The notes beneath the pieces were generated by a model. It made no database searches and had not been told where the DNA came from. It worked only from the letters and a program-made list of their open reading frames with translations. A DNA stretch of 64,000 nt from Syntrophorhabdaceae bacterium (GTDB taxonomy: Bacteria; Desulfobacterota; Syntrophorhabdia; Syntrophorhabdales; Syntrophorhabdaceae), in assembly GCA_963666485.2 (NCBI GenBank), contig CAXXUO010000009.1, forward strand, positions 288,001 through 352,000. The letters run 5' to 3'. Each line of letters begins with the position of its first letter. Within the stretch, counting starts at the first letter, position 1. Positions 46,228 to 56,658 of the stretch are shown piece by piece. The position numbers were made by a program, and so were the translations under genes.

Positions 46228-47553
46228 TTACTTCTTTTTCAATACCAACCGTATCGGTGCGCCCATGAAGCCGAAGTGCTCACGGAGGCTGTTTTCCAGG
46301 TATTTGCGGTAATGGTCGGGGACGAGGCGGGGATGGTTCGAGAAAAGGACAAAGGTCGGCGGCTGCGCCTTCGCCTGGCTTGCATAGAATATCTTAACCT
46401 GCTTGCCCTTCTGGTACGAGATGCCGTGGCGGGCAATGAATTCGGTGAAGGCATTGTTGAGCTGGGCCGTCGGGATGCGCGTTGCGAGCTGTTCGTAGAC
46501 GGCAAGGTTCAGTTTCAGGATATCGTCTATGCCCATCCCGTATTTTGCCGATGCAAAGACCACGGGGGCAAACGATGCATGAGGTATCCGCTCATAGACC
46601 ATGTCCCTGTATTTTTCACGGGTGAACTGCGTCTCCACGAGGTCCCATTTATTGATAACGATGCAGAGCCCTTTCCCGCGGGAGATTATGAGATGTGCGA
46701 TACTGCCTTCCTGGTGGCCGGGCCCCTCGGCCGCATCGATGATGAGGTTGACGACATCGGCGCGCTCGATGCTCCGTACGGCGCTCGACACCGAGTATTC
46801 CTCGACCTTCTCATATATTTTCCCCTTCTTCCGAAGGCCGGCCGTATCGATGAGGACCAGTTCTTTCCCGTTGAAAATGATGCCGGAATCCACCGAATCA
46901 CGTGTCGTACCCGGGATATCGCTCACGATCATCCTTTCCGAACCGAGCACGCGGTTGGCGACGGATGATTTTCCCGTGTTCGGCTTTCCGACGAGGGCGA
47001 TCCGTGTTGCCCGGACCTCGTCAGCTTCGCTGCTGCCGTCTTCCTCCTCGTGCTTTATCACGGACGAGATATCTTCGAGCACGTCGCCGATGCCGAGACC
47101 GTGGGCCGCGCTTACAGAGTAGAGTTTGTCCGCCCCGAGTTCGAAGAACTCGGTCAGCGCGTCTTCCCGCTTTTTCGAGTCGACCTTGTTGATGACATAA
47201 AAGACCGGCTTGTGCACTTTCCTCAACATCCGGGCGATGTCCCGGTCAGCCGGCATCAGCCCTTCCTTGCCGTCGAGAAGGAATATCACGGCATCCGATT
47301 CTTCGAGCGAGGCCTCTATCTGCTTCATGATCAATTTTGAAAAGCCGTCCTCCTCGGATGAGGAGAAACCGCCCGTATCGACGAGGAGGTAATTGCGCCC
47401 GTACAGTTCAAACGTGCCATAGTTCCGGTCGCGCGTGACGCCGGGGGTATCTTCCGTTATTGCCTTGCGATACCCTATCACCCGGTTGAAAAATGTGGAC
47501 TTGCCGACGTTCGGCCTGCCGACTATGCTGATCAGGCGTTCCTTTTTACTCAT
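46228..47553 (-). CDS. der: Ribosome biogenesis GTPase Der (EngA)
   Basis: Two G domains (GRPNVGKS/DTGG/NKVD and GKPNTGKS/DTAG/NKWD) and a C-terminal KH-like domain. Confidence 0.97.
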   Translation of the reverse strand: MSKKERLISIVGRPNVGKSTFFNRVIGYRKAITEDTPGVTRDRNYGTFELYGRNYLLVDTGGFSSSEEDGFSKLIMKQIEASLEESDAVIFLLDGKEGLMPADRDIARMLRKVHKPVFYVINKVDSKKREDALTEFFELGADKLYSVSAAHGLGIGDVLEDISSVIKHEEEDGSSEADEVRATRIALVGKPNTGKSSVANRVLGSERMIVSDIPGTTRDSVDSGIIFNGKELVLIDTAGLRKKGKIYEKVEEYSVSSAVRSIERADVVNLIIDAAEGPGHQEGSIAHLIISRGKGLCIVINKWDLVETQFTREKYRDMVYERIPHASFAPVVFASAKYGMGIDDILKLNLAVYEQLATRIPTAQLNNAFTEFIARHGISYQKGKQVKIFYASQAKAQPPTFVLFSNHPRLVPDHYRKYLENSLREHFGFMGAPIRLVLKKK

Positions 47554-48709
47554 GGTACCTCAACAGGAGACTTAACAAAAACCCTGCGCAGGGCAGGACC
47601 GATATCGAATACAGCGCCGCCGGCACACCGAAATGGTCTGCGACGAAACCAAGGATGGTGACCCCTATGCCGCCGGTGCCGATGGCAAATCCTACCATGA
47701 GACCGGACGCGATGCCAAGTTTACTTGGAAGAAGCCGCTGCGCCATCACGATCGTCACCGAAAATGTCGATACGAGGATCATCCCCTGCAGGCCAAGTGC
47801 GACAAAGAGAAGCGCGCCCGTCTGCACCGCCGGGATGAATATCACGGGAAGGGTAATTGTCGACAGGAGCATCGAAACCCTGACAAACAACCGGTGGCCG
47901 AACCGGTCCGCAATGGGGGCGCCGACCAGAGTGCCTATGGCGCCGCAGAAGAGGAACGTAAAGACGAGTTTGCCGGCATACAGGGGGCTTCCCTTGAGGT
48001 AATCGATGTAATAAAAGGGTATGTAGGTAACGAGGCCGATCTGGGCCCACGAACGCATGACGACGATGAGTATCACCATGCCGAGCGAAACCCAGGCCGT
48101 GACGGGGACCTTCGCGGCTTCGCTTTTCAGCTTCTTCTCGTGGTCCTCGACCGGCATCATGATCGCCCTTCTGTTCGCCACGATAACCGCCGTACACAGA
48201 AGGGCCGGGGCGACAATGACGGGAAGGGCGGAAAAACCGTAATAATTCACGATGTACATGGCAAGGATGGGGCCTAATGAAAAGCCGACATTCCCGCCCA
48301 CCGAGAAGAACGACATCCCCGTTGCAGCCTTCTCGCCTGTAAAGAAATGGGCAGTCTTATAGCCCTCGGGGTGGTACGAGGCCACACCGAGACCGCTCAA
48401 GACAACAAGGCCGAGTATGAGCAGGAACCAGGGCGAATATGCAAGCAGCGCAAAACCTGTCCCTGCGGCCAGAAGCCCGAGCGGAAGAAGATAGGGCATC
48501 GTCTTCCTGTCGGAAACATACCCGAAGACGGGCTGAAGGATGGACGACGTAAAATTGGACGCCATCAATATGAGTCCCGTCATGGCGTAACTCAGTCCGA
48601 AGCGGTCCTTGAGGAACGGCAATATCGCGGGGAGCGCGCCCTGGTATATGTCCACGACAAGGTGCCCCAGTGACAAAATGAGAAGGACCCTGAGGTTAAA
48701 ACGTTTCAT
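47546..48709 (-). CDS. MFS transporter, Fsr-like
   Basis: GHLVVDIYQG, LQPVFGYVSDR, YHPEG, FSVGGNVG, many TM helices. Confidence 0.88.
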   Translation of the reverse strand: MKRFNLRVLLILSLGHLVVDIYQGALPAILPFLKDRFGLSYAMTGLILMASNFTSSILQPVFGYVSDRKTMPYLLPLGLLAAGTGFALLAYSPWFLLILGLVVLSGLGVASYHPEGYKTAHFFTGEKAATGMSFFSVGGNVGFSLGPILAMYIVNYYGFSALPVIVAPALLCTAVIVANRRAIMMPVEDHEKKLKSEAAKVPVTAWVSLGMVILIVVMRSWAQIGLVTYIPFYYIDYLKGSPLYAGKLVFTFLFCGAIGTLVGAPIADRFGHRLFVRVSMLLSTITLPVIFIPAVQTGALLFVALGLQGMILVSTFSVTIVMAQRLLPSKLGIASGLMVGFAIGTGGIGVTILGFVADHFGVPAALYSISVLPCAGFLLSLLLRYHE

Positions 48710-49241
48710 TTTCAATGATGTCCCTGAAATGCATGAGGACCCGGCACGTGGCGCCCCAGATCCTGTCACCATTGAAATGAAATGATGTCCATCCTTCGCC
48801 CCTCATTGCCGGGGAGAACTGGCTGTCTTTCAGGTGGCTCAACGGAAGAAAAATGAGGTATGCGACCTCGTGGGGGTTTGTGACGAACTTGTACGGGGCA
48901 TGGATGATCCCGACGTAGGGTGTTATGACGAAACCGGTGTAGGTCCAGGAATCATCGAGGCTGCCGATGATCTCGACACGGCCCGGGTCGACCCCTATCT
49001 CTTCGTGGGACTCGCGAAGCGCGGTATATTCTAAATCCCGGTCTTCCGGCTCGAACATGCCGCCCGGAAAAGACACCTCGTTCTTGTGATGCCGGACCAT
49101 CTCGGTCCGCTTCGTGAGCACGGTGTACACTTCGCCGTCCCTTTCGATCAGGAGAAGGGCCACGGCCGCCCGGATGTCTTCGCTGGAAGGTATCCGGCGC
49201 GGCTTATGATCTATGATGCACTGTCTGATAGCGTGAAGCAT
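48696..49241 (-). CDS. Nudix hydrolase, CoA pyrophosphatase family
   Basis: LTKR..HKNEVSFPGG, ALRESHEEIG, IWGAT. Confidence 0.9.
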   Translation of the reverse strand: MLHAIRQCIIDHKPRRIPSSEDIRAAVALLLIERDGEVYTVLTKRTEMVRHHKNEVSFPGGMFEPEDRDLEYTALRESHEEIGVDPGRVEIIGSLDDSWTYTGFVITPYVGIIHAPYKFVTNPHEVAYLIFLPLSHLKDSQFSPAMRGEGWTSFHFNGDRIWGATCRVLMHFRDIIENETF

Positions 49242-49397
49242 TGGGTATTGTACCGTGAAGAAGATACCAAATCAAGATTGTCAGGCTTTGATATACATTC
49301 ATCAAAAAATATTTTACTCGCTGAATATTTCGTGTAAAATGATAGGGATAAGAGGCATCGATCACGGTAAAAGCGCTCTCTTCGGAGGAATCAGGCA

Positions 49398-49739
49398 ATG
49401 AAGAAAAAGGAAGGAACCCAGGACCTTCGACCGAAGCTGGTTACAAATATCATCAAGAATGTCTCATTGCTTCTCAAACAAAACGGGCATGAACCCGATA
49501 AGGACGTGATCGAGGGCGTGGCCAACCAGGCCATCGACGAGTTTGTCGAACAGTGGTACGAGGTCTCGCTCGAAGCGATGGAATTAAAGGACGGCGAGGC
49601 CGATTTTGTAACCGATGAAGAAATAGATGATCCCGAACTGGTGGAAGAGGCCAAGCTCAGGATCATCAAGGAATTATACGAGGAACCGCCCGAAGATTTT
49701 TACCAGGACATCGCCGGGAGCATCATGGACTCTCAGTGA
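49398..49739 (+). CDS. Hypothetical acidic protein
   Basis: 113-aa ORF with GGAGG RBS, fills the gap between the Nudix and Lon-like genes. Confidence 0.7.
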   Translation: MKKKEGTQDLRPKLVTNIIKNVSLLLKQNGHEPDKDVIEGVANQAIDEFVEQWYEVSLEAMELKDGEADFVTDEEIDDPELVEEAKLRIIKELYEEPPEDFYQDIAGSIMDSQ

Positions 49740-52177
49740 TCCTCATCCTCATCCTTTTTCCTTGAAAGCATAGTGCGATCTTCGCGATCCTCGTCTTTCT
49801 TCCTTTCCATCGCCTCGGATATCTCCGTCAGGCGTTTCTCAACGAGATAATTGATCGTGCCTTCCGGGTATGTCCCGTCCGCCTCCGGCTCCCCGGCCTT
49901 CATACCGGTCAGGATCTCGAGGCCCTCCTCCATTTTATCGATCGTGTATATGGTGAACATCCCCTTTTCCACCGCTTCGCGCACATCTTCGCTCAGGACA
50001 AGGTTCCGCGCATTGCGCTTCGGGACGATCACACCGTTCGAACCGTCGAGCCCGCGCATCCGGCACAGGTGGAAGAACCCCTCTATTTTCTGGTTGACCC
50101 CGCCGATCGGCTGCACATCACCGTTCTGGTCCATCGAACCCGTAACGGCAAAACTCTGCTTAAGCGGCACCCCGCTTATACTGCTCAACAGCGCGTATAA
50201 TTCGGCGCATGTCGCGCTGTCGCCCTCCACCATTTCATATAGCTGTTCGAACGTGATCGACGCGGAAAGGCTGATCGGCTTTCGCACAGCATATTTTCCC
50301 CCGAGATAGCTCGTTATGATCAGGATCGCCTTTTCATGGATCTTCCCGCTCATCTTCGTTTCGCGCTCCAGGTTGACGACACCGGCCCGGCCCATAAAGG
50401 TCTTCGCGGTTATCCTCGAAGGTTTCCCGAAGGAGTAATCCCCGATATCGAGGACGGCAAGACCATTTATCTGCCCAACTCTTTCGCCCCGGGTCGCAAC
50501 GATGATCGTGTCATCGAGTGTCATCTCGCGAAGCCTCTCTTCGATGCGGTTGACCCGCTCGATCTTTTCCCTGACCGCCTGCGTGACATGTTCCCCTTTA
50601 ACGGTGTCATTCCCGCCCTTTTTTGCCCAGTAATGGGCCTCGCGGATAAGGTCGGCGATATCGCTGAACCTCGTCGAGAGCTTGTCCTGGTCATCGGCCA
50701 GGCGCGAACCCATCTCGACGATCCGCGCAACGGCCGCATTGTCGAACGGCAGGAGGTTCTCGTCCCTCTGGCACTGGGCGACATACATCGCATATTTATC
50801 CACATTCTCCTGGTTCCGGTCCATCCGGCTGTCAAAATCGGCCTTTACCTTGAACAATTCGCGGGAGTCTTCATCATAGGCGTGAAGGACATAGTAAAGA
50901 TACGGGTTCCCGACGAGGATCACCTTCGCGTTAAGGGGTATCGCCTCCGGTTTTAACCCGGCTGTGCTGATAAGCCGGTATTGTTCGAGGACGTCTTCGA
51001 CGCGGATCTCCCGGTTCTTCAGGGCCCGCTTCAAGGCCTCGTACGAGAACGGGTTCTTGAGCAGCTCCAGCGCGTCGACGACAAGATAGCCGCCATTCGC
51101 CTTGTGGAGCGACCCGGCCTTTATCATCGTGAAGTCCGTAGACGCCATGCCGTACTGCACCTTGTATTCCATGCGCCCGAAGAGATTGAGGTACGTCGGG
51201 TTGCTTTCGTAAACGACCGGGGCCCCTTTCGAGTCCCCGTTGTCGACGATGACGTTGACCGCGTACCGCGCAAGGTTATTCTCCGGTTTCGGCATTTTCA
51301 TGAAGGGTATCGGGGGCGGCGCCTCTTCGATCGTCTTGAAATCGTCGAGATGGCTCAGCATGTCCTCTTTGACATCATCGAGATACTTCACGACCTTTTC
51401 CTGGTCGCTGTATTTCTTCTTGATGGCATCGATCATCGGGCCGACGAGGTCCATTGCGACCATCCTGTCGAGCCGTGTGACCATTTCCCGTACGATCTTT
51501 TCCGCTTCCCTCAGGATGCGGACAACATCGTTCAGTTTTTCCTGGAAAAGCCTGCCGGTGTCCTCGACCTTCTTCTTCGCCTTGGGGTCGAGCGCCTCGA
51601 ATTCCTCTTTCGACATCATTTCGCCATCTTCTTTGATAGGTACGATAAGCACACCCGTGGCCGTCCGCCTGACAGTAAAACCCCTCTCCTTTGCCTCGGT
51701 ATCGAGGCGCGTTAAGTATTCCGTCTGCTTTTGCTGGAACTCGTCGACTATCTTGCTCTTTTGCGTCTCGTATTCTTTCGATTCGAAGGCCTTCGGTATC
51801 TCGATCTTGAGTATCTTGATCATCTCATCGATCTCTTTCTGGAATTCGATCCCCTGGCCCGGCCCGAATGAAAGGGCCATCGAACTGTCAGCGTCCTTAA
51901 AATTATACACATAGCACCAGTCGGCAGGCGCCTGTTCGTCAGCCGCTTTTTTCTTCAACATGTACATGACGGTTGACATCTTCCCAGTGCCGCTTTCACC
52001 GATGGCAAATATATTGAAGCCCTGGCTATCCATCCCGAGGCCGAAATCGAGCGATCTTAATGCCTTGTCCTGCCCGATCGTCAAGGGCAGCTCGGCGATC
52101 GTGCCGGTCCCCTCAAAGGTAAATGACGCAGGATCACACCTTCGGTACAATTGATCAGGATCTAACTTGGTTATCAC
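49733..52177 (-). CDS. Lon-like protease, LonC/YcbZ type
   Basis: GESGTGK, YVYNF, coiled-coil inserts, AGSLHKANGGYL, GQINGL, EGDSAT (Ser), GGVNQK (Lys). Confidence 0.9.
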   Translation of the reverse strand: MITKLDPDQLYRRCDPASFTFEGTGTIAELPLTIGQDKALRSLDFGLGMDSQGFNIFAIGESGTGKMSTVMYMLKKKAADEQAPADWCYVYNFKDADSSMALSFGPGQGIEFQKEIDEMIKILKIEIPKAFESKEYETQKSKIVDEFQQKQTEYLTRLDTEAKERGFTVRRTATGVLIVPIKEDGEMMSKEEFEALDPKAKKKVEDTGRLFQEKLNDVVRILREAEKIVREMVTRLDRMVAMDLVGPMIDAIKKKYSDQEKVVKYLDDVKEDMLSHLDDFKTIEEAPPPIPFMKMPKPENNLARYAVNVIVDNGDSKGAPVVYESNPTYLNLFGRMEYKVQYGMASTDFTMIKAGSLHKANGGYLVVDALELLKNPFSYEALKRALKNREIRVEDVLEQYRLISTAGLKPEAIPLNAKVILVGNPYLYYVLHAYDEDSRELFKVKADFDSRMDRNQENVDKYAMYVAQCQRDENLLPFDNAAVARIVEMGSRLADDQDKLSTRFSDIADLIREAHYWAKKGGNDTVKGEHVTQAVREKIERVNRIEERLREMTLDDTIIVATRGERVGQINGLAVLDIGDYSFGKPSRITAKTFMGRAGVVNLERETKMSGKIHEKAILIITSYLGGKYAVRKPISLSASITFEQLYEMVEGDSATCAELYALLSSISGVPLKQSFAVTGSMDQNGDVQPIGGVNQKIEGFFHLCRMRGLDGSNGVIVPKRNARNLVLSEDVREAVEKGMFTIYTIDKMEEGLEILTGMKAGEPEADGTYPEGTINYLVEKRLTEISEAMERKKDEDREDRTMLSRKKDEDEDH

Positions 52178-52293
52178 GGCCTGCCCCCCTTGTTTTCATA
52201 GGTACAATCCACTACTTAAAAAATAACACGTCACGGGCAAAAAACAAGTTTCAGGTTTGGTGTTTGAGGTCCCCGGCGGGAAAAACCCTTGTT

Positions 52294-53049
52294 TTACCGC
52301 ATCCAGCTGCCGCCGGTCACACACAGGGTCTGCCCGGTCATATACTCGCCTTCATCCGAGGCAAGGAAGAGGGCGGCATTCGCCACATCCTCAGGCGTGC
52401 CTTTGCGCGGGTAAGGGATCTCTTCGAACATGCGCTCTATCTCGTCCTCGGGATAAATGTGCGGGATAAACTCGTTGAAGATAAAGCTGGGAGCTATCGT
52501 ATTGGCGGTAACGCGATAGGGGGCGACCTCCATTGCGAGGCACCGGGTAAATGCCATAACACCGGCCTTTGCCGCGGCGTAATGGGCATGGCCGGCGGAC
52601 AGCCCGCGGAAGCCCGCGACCGATGTCACGCTTATTATCCTGCCGAAGTTCTGCCGCATCATGGCGGGGATCACCGCGCGGCAGCAGTAGAAGGCCCCGG
52701 TGAGCGTCGTGGCGATGACAAGGTCCCAGACGTCATCCGTTATGTCGACAACGCGCGAAGGTCTGTTGGTGCCCGCGTTGTTGAACAGGATATCGACCCG
52801 GCCGAAAGCATCGAGCGTCGCGGCAACCACGCGGTCCACATCTGACCTGTCCGTCACGTCGCATTTGAGGCCGAGCGTCCTCGCATTATATTCACGGGCG
52901 ATATCTTCTGCCACGGTCTTCGCCCGTTCCTCGTGCATGTCGGTCACAACGACGGACGCACCCTCCCGCGCCATTGTCCGTGCCGTTGCCTGCCCTATCC
53001 CCGCCCCGGCGGCGGCCGTCACAAGGGCGATCTTATCTTTCAGTCTCAT
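52294..53049 (-). CDS. Short-chain dehydrogenase/reductase, IpdF-like 3-oxoacyl reductase subfamily
   Basis: TAAAGAGIG cofactor motif, NNAG, YAAAK. Confidence 0.88.
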   Translation of the reverse strand: MRLKDKIALVTAAAGAGIGQATARTMAREGASVVVTDMHEERAKTVAEDIAREYNARTLGLKCDVTDRSDVDRVVAATLDAFGRVDILFNNAGTNRPSRVVDITDDVWDLVIATTLTGAFYCCRAVIPAMMRQNFGRIISVTSVAGFRGLSAGHAHYAAAKAGVMAFTRCLAMEVAPYRVTANTIAPSFIFNEFIPHIYPEDEIERMFEEIPYPRKGTPEDVANAALFLASDEGEYMTGQTLCVTGGSWMR

Positions 53050-53191
53050 GGTGTGCTCTCCTTCGACTAATGATACAAAATCGCGGCGCGGATGCTCAAG
53101 GAGAAAAATGCCCGCAAATGCCCGCTTCTCATGTATATCGCTTATGTGGTATAAAGGGATTTACAGCGTGAAATGAGAGCCGGAGACACCC

Positions 53192-55288
53192 GTGGCGGAA
53201 AAAAAACATCGTCTGCGCAATATTGCATTCCTGTCTGCAGTATCCATCGCGTTAGCCGCCGCTATTTTCCTTTTTGACCTCCTCGCGGCCTATGAGAACA
53301 AATCCTTCGATCTCTTCTCCAGGGTCCTCAACCCGGAGAAAGCGTCTGATCGCATCGTCATTGTCGAGATCGACCAGCAATCCATCGACGCGCTGAGCGC
53401 CGAGAACATAACCTGGCCCTGGCCCCGGCAGGTCTATGCGCCGATCATAGAGTTCGTTTCGCGCGCGGATGCGCTTTTCATCGACATACTGTACACCGAA
53501 CCGTCATCGTACGGCGAAGACGATGACAGGATACTCGGCGAGGCGATATCGCGGACGGCAAATGTCTATCTGCCCTTTTTCCTGTCGAAGAACGACAAGC
53601 CTTTATCGCCCGAAGACGCAGCGTATCTCAAGCGTTTCGCTATGCCGCCGGATGGCCCTGCGAGTGCGGTCTACCGGTCCGCTGTGACCCCCATAAGCCG
53701 GATACGGGCGGGTGTTAAGGGGTCGGGGAATGTCGCGATCTCACCGGATGGCGACGGGGTGTACCGGAGGGTCCCGGTGGCCTTCAAACTCGGGGACATG
53801 ACCCTCCCCAGCCTCGTTTTCTCTTCGTTTTTTAATACGGGTGCCTGCAAAGTGAAAGCCGGGAGTTGGGTGCTCGGTCAGAGCCCCCTGCCGCTTGTCG
53901 AGGGAAAACTGCTGTTGCGGTTCCCCCGCGGCAAGAACGCATACCGGGCCATACCGGCGATCGATATACTCGAGGCCTACCGCACGGGAAAGAAAACGGG
54001 CATCACGCCCGATCTTTTCAAGGGAAAGGCCGTGTTTCTCGGGATGACCGCCCCGGGGCTTCTCGATCTCAAGGCGACACCGACCATGTCCGTATCGACA
54101 GGCGTACACGTCAACGCCACAATGTTCGAGAACCTCGAGTCCGGGACATTCATGCGCCCGGTGCCGGCCCCGGTTGTCCTTGGCCTGATGCTCCTCATAT
54201 GCGTTTTCATTATATCCATAGTCATCAATTACCATTCAATAGGCAAGAACCTCTCGGCGTTTATCGGGACGTCCGTCGTCGTCGCCGGTATCGCGGCTGC
54301 TTTATTTTCGCGCCAGCACTACCTGCCGACAACATACCTCATGGTGACCGTCATCGTGAGCTTTCTGCTCTCTGTCGCCTTCAGTTACGCGGTTGAGGGA
54401 CGGGAGCGGCAATTCATAAAACGGACATTTTCTCAATACATGGACAAGACGATCGTGGACTACGTTCTTCAGAACCCCGAGATCGTCAAGCCCGGAGGCA
54501 AGAAAGCCTACGTTACCGTCCTTTTCGCCGACATAGCGGGGTTCACGACCATTTCTGAGCAGAACACTCCCGAAGATACGGCGCTTATGCTGCACAGGGT
54601 CCTCAACGAGCTCACCGAGGTCGTCATCGAAGAGAAAGGGGTCGTCGACAAGTACATCGGGGATTGCATCATGGCTTTCTGGGGGTCGCCCCTTGCCGTT
54701 CCGGACGATGAGACCAACGCCTGCCGGAGCGCCCTTAAGTTTATCGAGGCAATATACGGGATAAATGCCGTGTTTGCCCTGGAGGGAATTCCCCCGATCG
54801 CGATCCGGGTCGGGCTTCACACGGGCGATGCTATCGCCGGCAACATGGGGAGCGTGCGGCTCTTTGATTTCACCGTCGTCGGGGACACGGTCAACCTCGC
54901 GTCGCGGCTGGAATCGGTCAATAAGGTGTTCGGTACGCACATTATAACAAGCGAGCAGACCCTGGCGGCGACGCGTGACCTTTTCCTCACGCGCAGCCTC
55001 GGACCTATCGAGGTGAAAGGAAAATCCGAACCGGTCATCATCCACGAACTCATGTCTGTCCGCGCAGATGCAGGTCCGACAGACATCAGGAAGGCTTCTC
55101 TCTTCACAGAGGCGTTCGATCTCTACAGGCAGGGAAAATTCACGGAGGCCATCCGCCATTTCGAAGCAGTGTTGTCACAGTTCCCGGATGACGGCCCATC
55201 GCTCTTTTACAAAAAACGGGCAGAAAATCTCCAGGATGTTTTTCCTTTGACAAAAAACTGGGATATTATTAAAATGACCGAAAAATGA
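53192..55288 (+). CDS. CHASE2-domain class III adenylate cyclase with C-terminal TPR-like helices
   Basis: CHASE2 (IVIVEIDQQSI, WPWPR, DGDGVYRRVP, GVHVNA), 3 TM helices, cyclase LFADIAGFT / DKYIGDCIMAFW / FTVVGDTVNLASRLE; Lys and Thr specifiers indicate ATP. Confidence 0.93.
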   Translation: MAEKKHRLRNIAFLSAVSIALAAAIFLFDLLAAYENKSFDLFSRVLNPEKASDRIVIVEIDQQSIDALSAENITWPWPRQVYAPIIEFVSRADALFIDILYTEPSSYGEDDDRILGEAISRTANVYLPFFLSKNDKPLSPEDAAYLKRFAMPPDGPASAVYRSAVTPISRIRAGVKGSGNVAISPDGDGVYRRVPVAFKLGDMTLPSLVFSSFFNTGACKVKAGSWVLGQSPLPLVEGKLLLRFPRGKNAYRAIPAIDILEAYRTGKKTGITPDLFKGKAVFLGMTAPGLLDLKATPTMSVSTGVHVNATMFENLESGTFMRPVPAPVVLGLMLLICVFIISIVINYHSIGKNLSAFIGTSVVVAGIAAALFSRQHYLPTTYLMVTVIVSFLLSVAFSYAVEGRERQFIKRTFSQYMDKTIVDYVLQNPEIVKPGGKKAYVTVLFADIAGFTTISEQNTPEDTALMLHRVLNELTEVVIEEKGVVDKYIGDCIMAFWGSPLAVPDDETNACRSALKFIEAIYGINAVFALEGIPPIAIRVGLHTGDAIAGNMGSVRLFDFTVVGDTVNLASRLESVNKVFGTHIITSEQTLAATRDLFLTRSLGPIEVKGKSEPVIIHELMSVRADAGPTDIRKASLFTEAFDLYRQGKFTEAIRHFEAVLSQFPDDGPSLFYKKRAENLQDVFPLTKNWDIIKMTEK
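55247..55275 (+). promoter_or_regulatory. Sigma70-type promoter inside the cyclase 3' end
   Basis: TTGACA-N17-TAAAAT ending 9 nt before the next ATG. Confidence 0.55.
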
Positions 55289-55746
55289 AGAGAACTCTAA
55301 TATTTTCGATAATTTTGATGTTTGTTGCCGTGAGCGTCCTCGCCGATACCGTCACTGTCATCACGAAAGACAATTCCATCCGTGAATATGCGAAATTCTT
55401 TGCACCCGTGAAGGCCAACGTGAAGTACAACGACAGGCTCGATGTGCTCTCGACCGAGGGCGACTGGTACAAGGTGCGGTACGGCGCGTCCGTCGGGTAC
55501 ATCCACAAGAGCGCGGTGGAAAAAAGGGTGGCCGGTTTGTCCGGTTCCTCCCCGGGTAAAAGGTCCTCCGTCAGTCAGAGCGAGGCCGCCCTTGCCGGAA
55601 AGGGATTCAGTCCCCAGGTCGAAGCATCGTACAAACAGCAGCACCCTGAAATGAAGTTCTATCTCGTGGATAGCATTGAACGATACAATCTCCCCGACCG
55701 CGAAGTCGCCCAGTTCATTACCAGCGGAGGGTTGAGGCAGCCGTGA
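55285..55746 (+). CDS. Exported SH3b-domain protein
   Basis: Signal peptide, LDVLSTEGDWYKVRYGASVGYIHKSAV, C-terminal ALAGKGF segment; ATGA overlap. Confidence 0.82.
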   Translation: MKRTLIFSIILMFVAVSVLADTVTVITKDNSIREYAKFFAPVKANVKYNDRLDVLSTEGDWYKVRYGASVGYIHKSAVEKRVAGLSGSSPGKRSSVSQSEAALAGKGFSPQVEASYKQQHPEMKFYLVDSIERYNLPDREVAQFITSGGLRQP

Positions 55747-56618
55747 TGAGAAAAATAAGCCTGCTCTTCGCCTTGCTTGCTCTGCTTGCCCTCTTCGCTT
55801 CTTGCGACACGACAAGCTTCGGGAACATCTCGCAGCATATCGGCACGGCCATGACGGTCGTGGATGCCACATCCAACGCGTCCCGCCCTATCTCGGAAGA
55901 AGAAGAGTATTATGTCGGGCGTGCCGTTGGGGCTAAAATACTCGGCACATACCAGTTGTCGAGCGACGCGTACCTGACCCGGTACGTCAACCTGATCGGC
56001 AAGGCCGTCGCACTCAGTTCGGACAAACCGTTCACGTATGGCGGTTATCATTTTGCCGTACTGGAGACCCCGGAGATCAATGCATTCGCCGCTCCCGGCG
56101 GCACCATCTTCGTCACGACGGGAATGATACGGACGACGGCAAACGAGGACGAGCTCGCCGCGGTACTTGCCCACGAGGTCGCACATATCAGTAAACGCGA
56201 CGGGATAGCCGCGATCAAGAGCGCGCGTTGGACCCAGGCACTCACCCTCATCGGGACGACCGCTGCCAAGAACTATACATCTTCGGAGATCTCCCAGCTT
56301 GTCGGCATTTTCGAAGGCAGCATCGACGACATCTTCAAGACCCTCGTTGTAAACGGGTACAGCAGGTCCCAGGAGTACGCCGCCGACGAAACCGCGCTGA
56401 TGACGCTCGCGAAATGCGGCTACGATCCGAAGGCGCTGGTCTCTTTTCTCAAGCGCCTCGAGCAGAGAGGGAAATCGTCCGGCGGAGGGATCACCCAGAC
56501 CCATCCCGGTACGGCCGAGCGGATAGACAATATCTCGGGGAAAATACCGGCGGCCGGCACCATTCATCCCAGGGCGATCGAGGCCCGCACCGCGCGCTAC
56601 AACCAGAACGTGCGATAA
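55743..56618 (+). CDS. M48 family zinc metallopeptidase lipoprotein
   Basis: Lipobox FASC, INAFAAPGG, LAHEVAH, YSRSQEYAAD, THP..ERI; GTGA overlap. Confidence 0.92.
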   Translation: MMRKISLLFALLALLALFASCDTTSFGNISQHIGTAMTVVDATSNASRPISEEEEYYVGRAVGAKILGTYQLSSDAYLTRYVNLIGKAVALSSDKPFTYGGYHFAVLETPEINAFAAPGGTIFVTTGMIRTTANEDELAAVLAHEVAHISKRDGIAAIKSARWTQALTLIGTTAAKNYTSSEISQLVGIFEGSIDDIFKTLVVNGYSRSQEYAADETALMTLAKCGYDPKALVSFLKRLEQRGKSSGGGITQTHPGTAERIDNISGKIPAAGTIHPRAIEARTARYNQNVR

Positions 56619-56658
56619 TCCTGCAGCTTCCCCCTTAAATTCCCTCGAGGAGTTCCGC

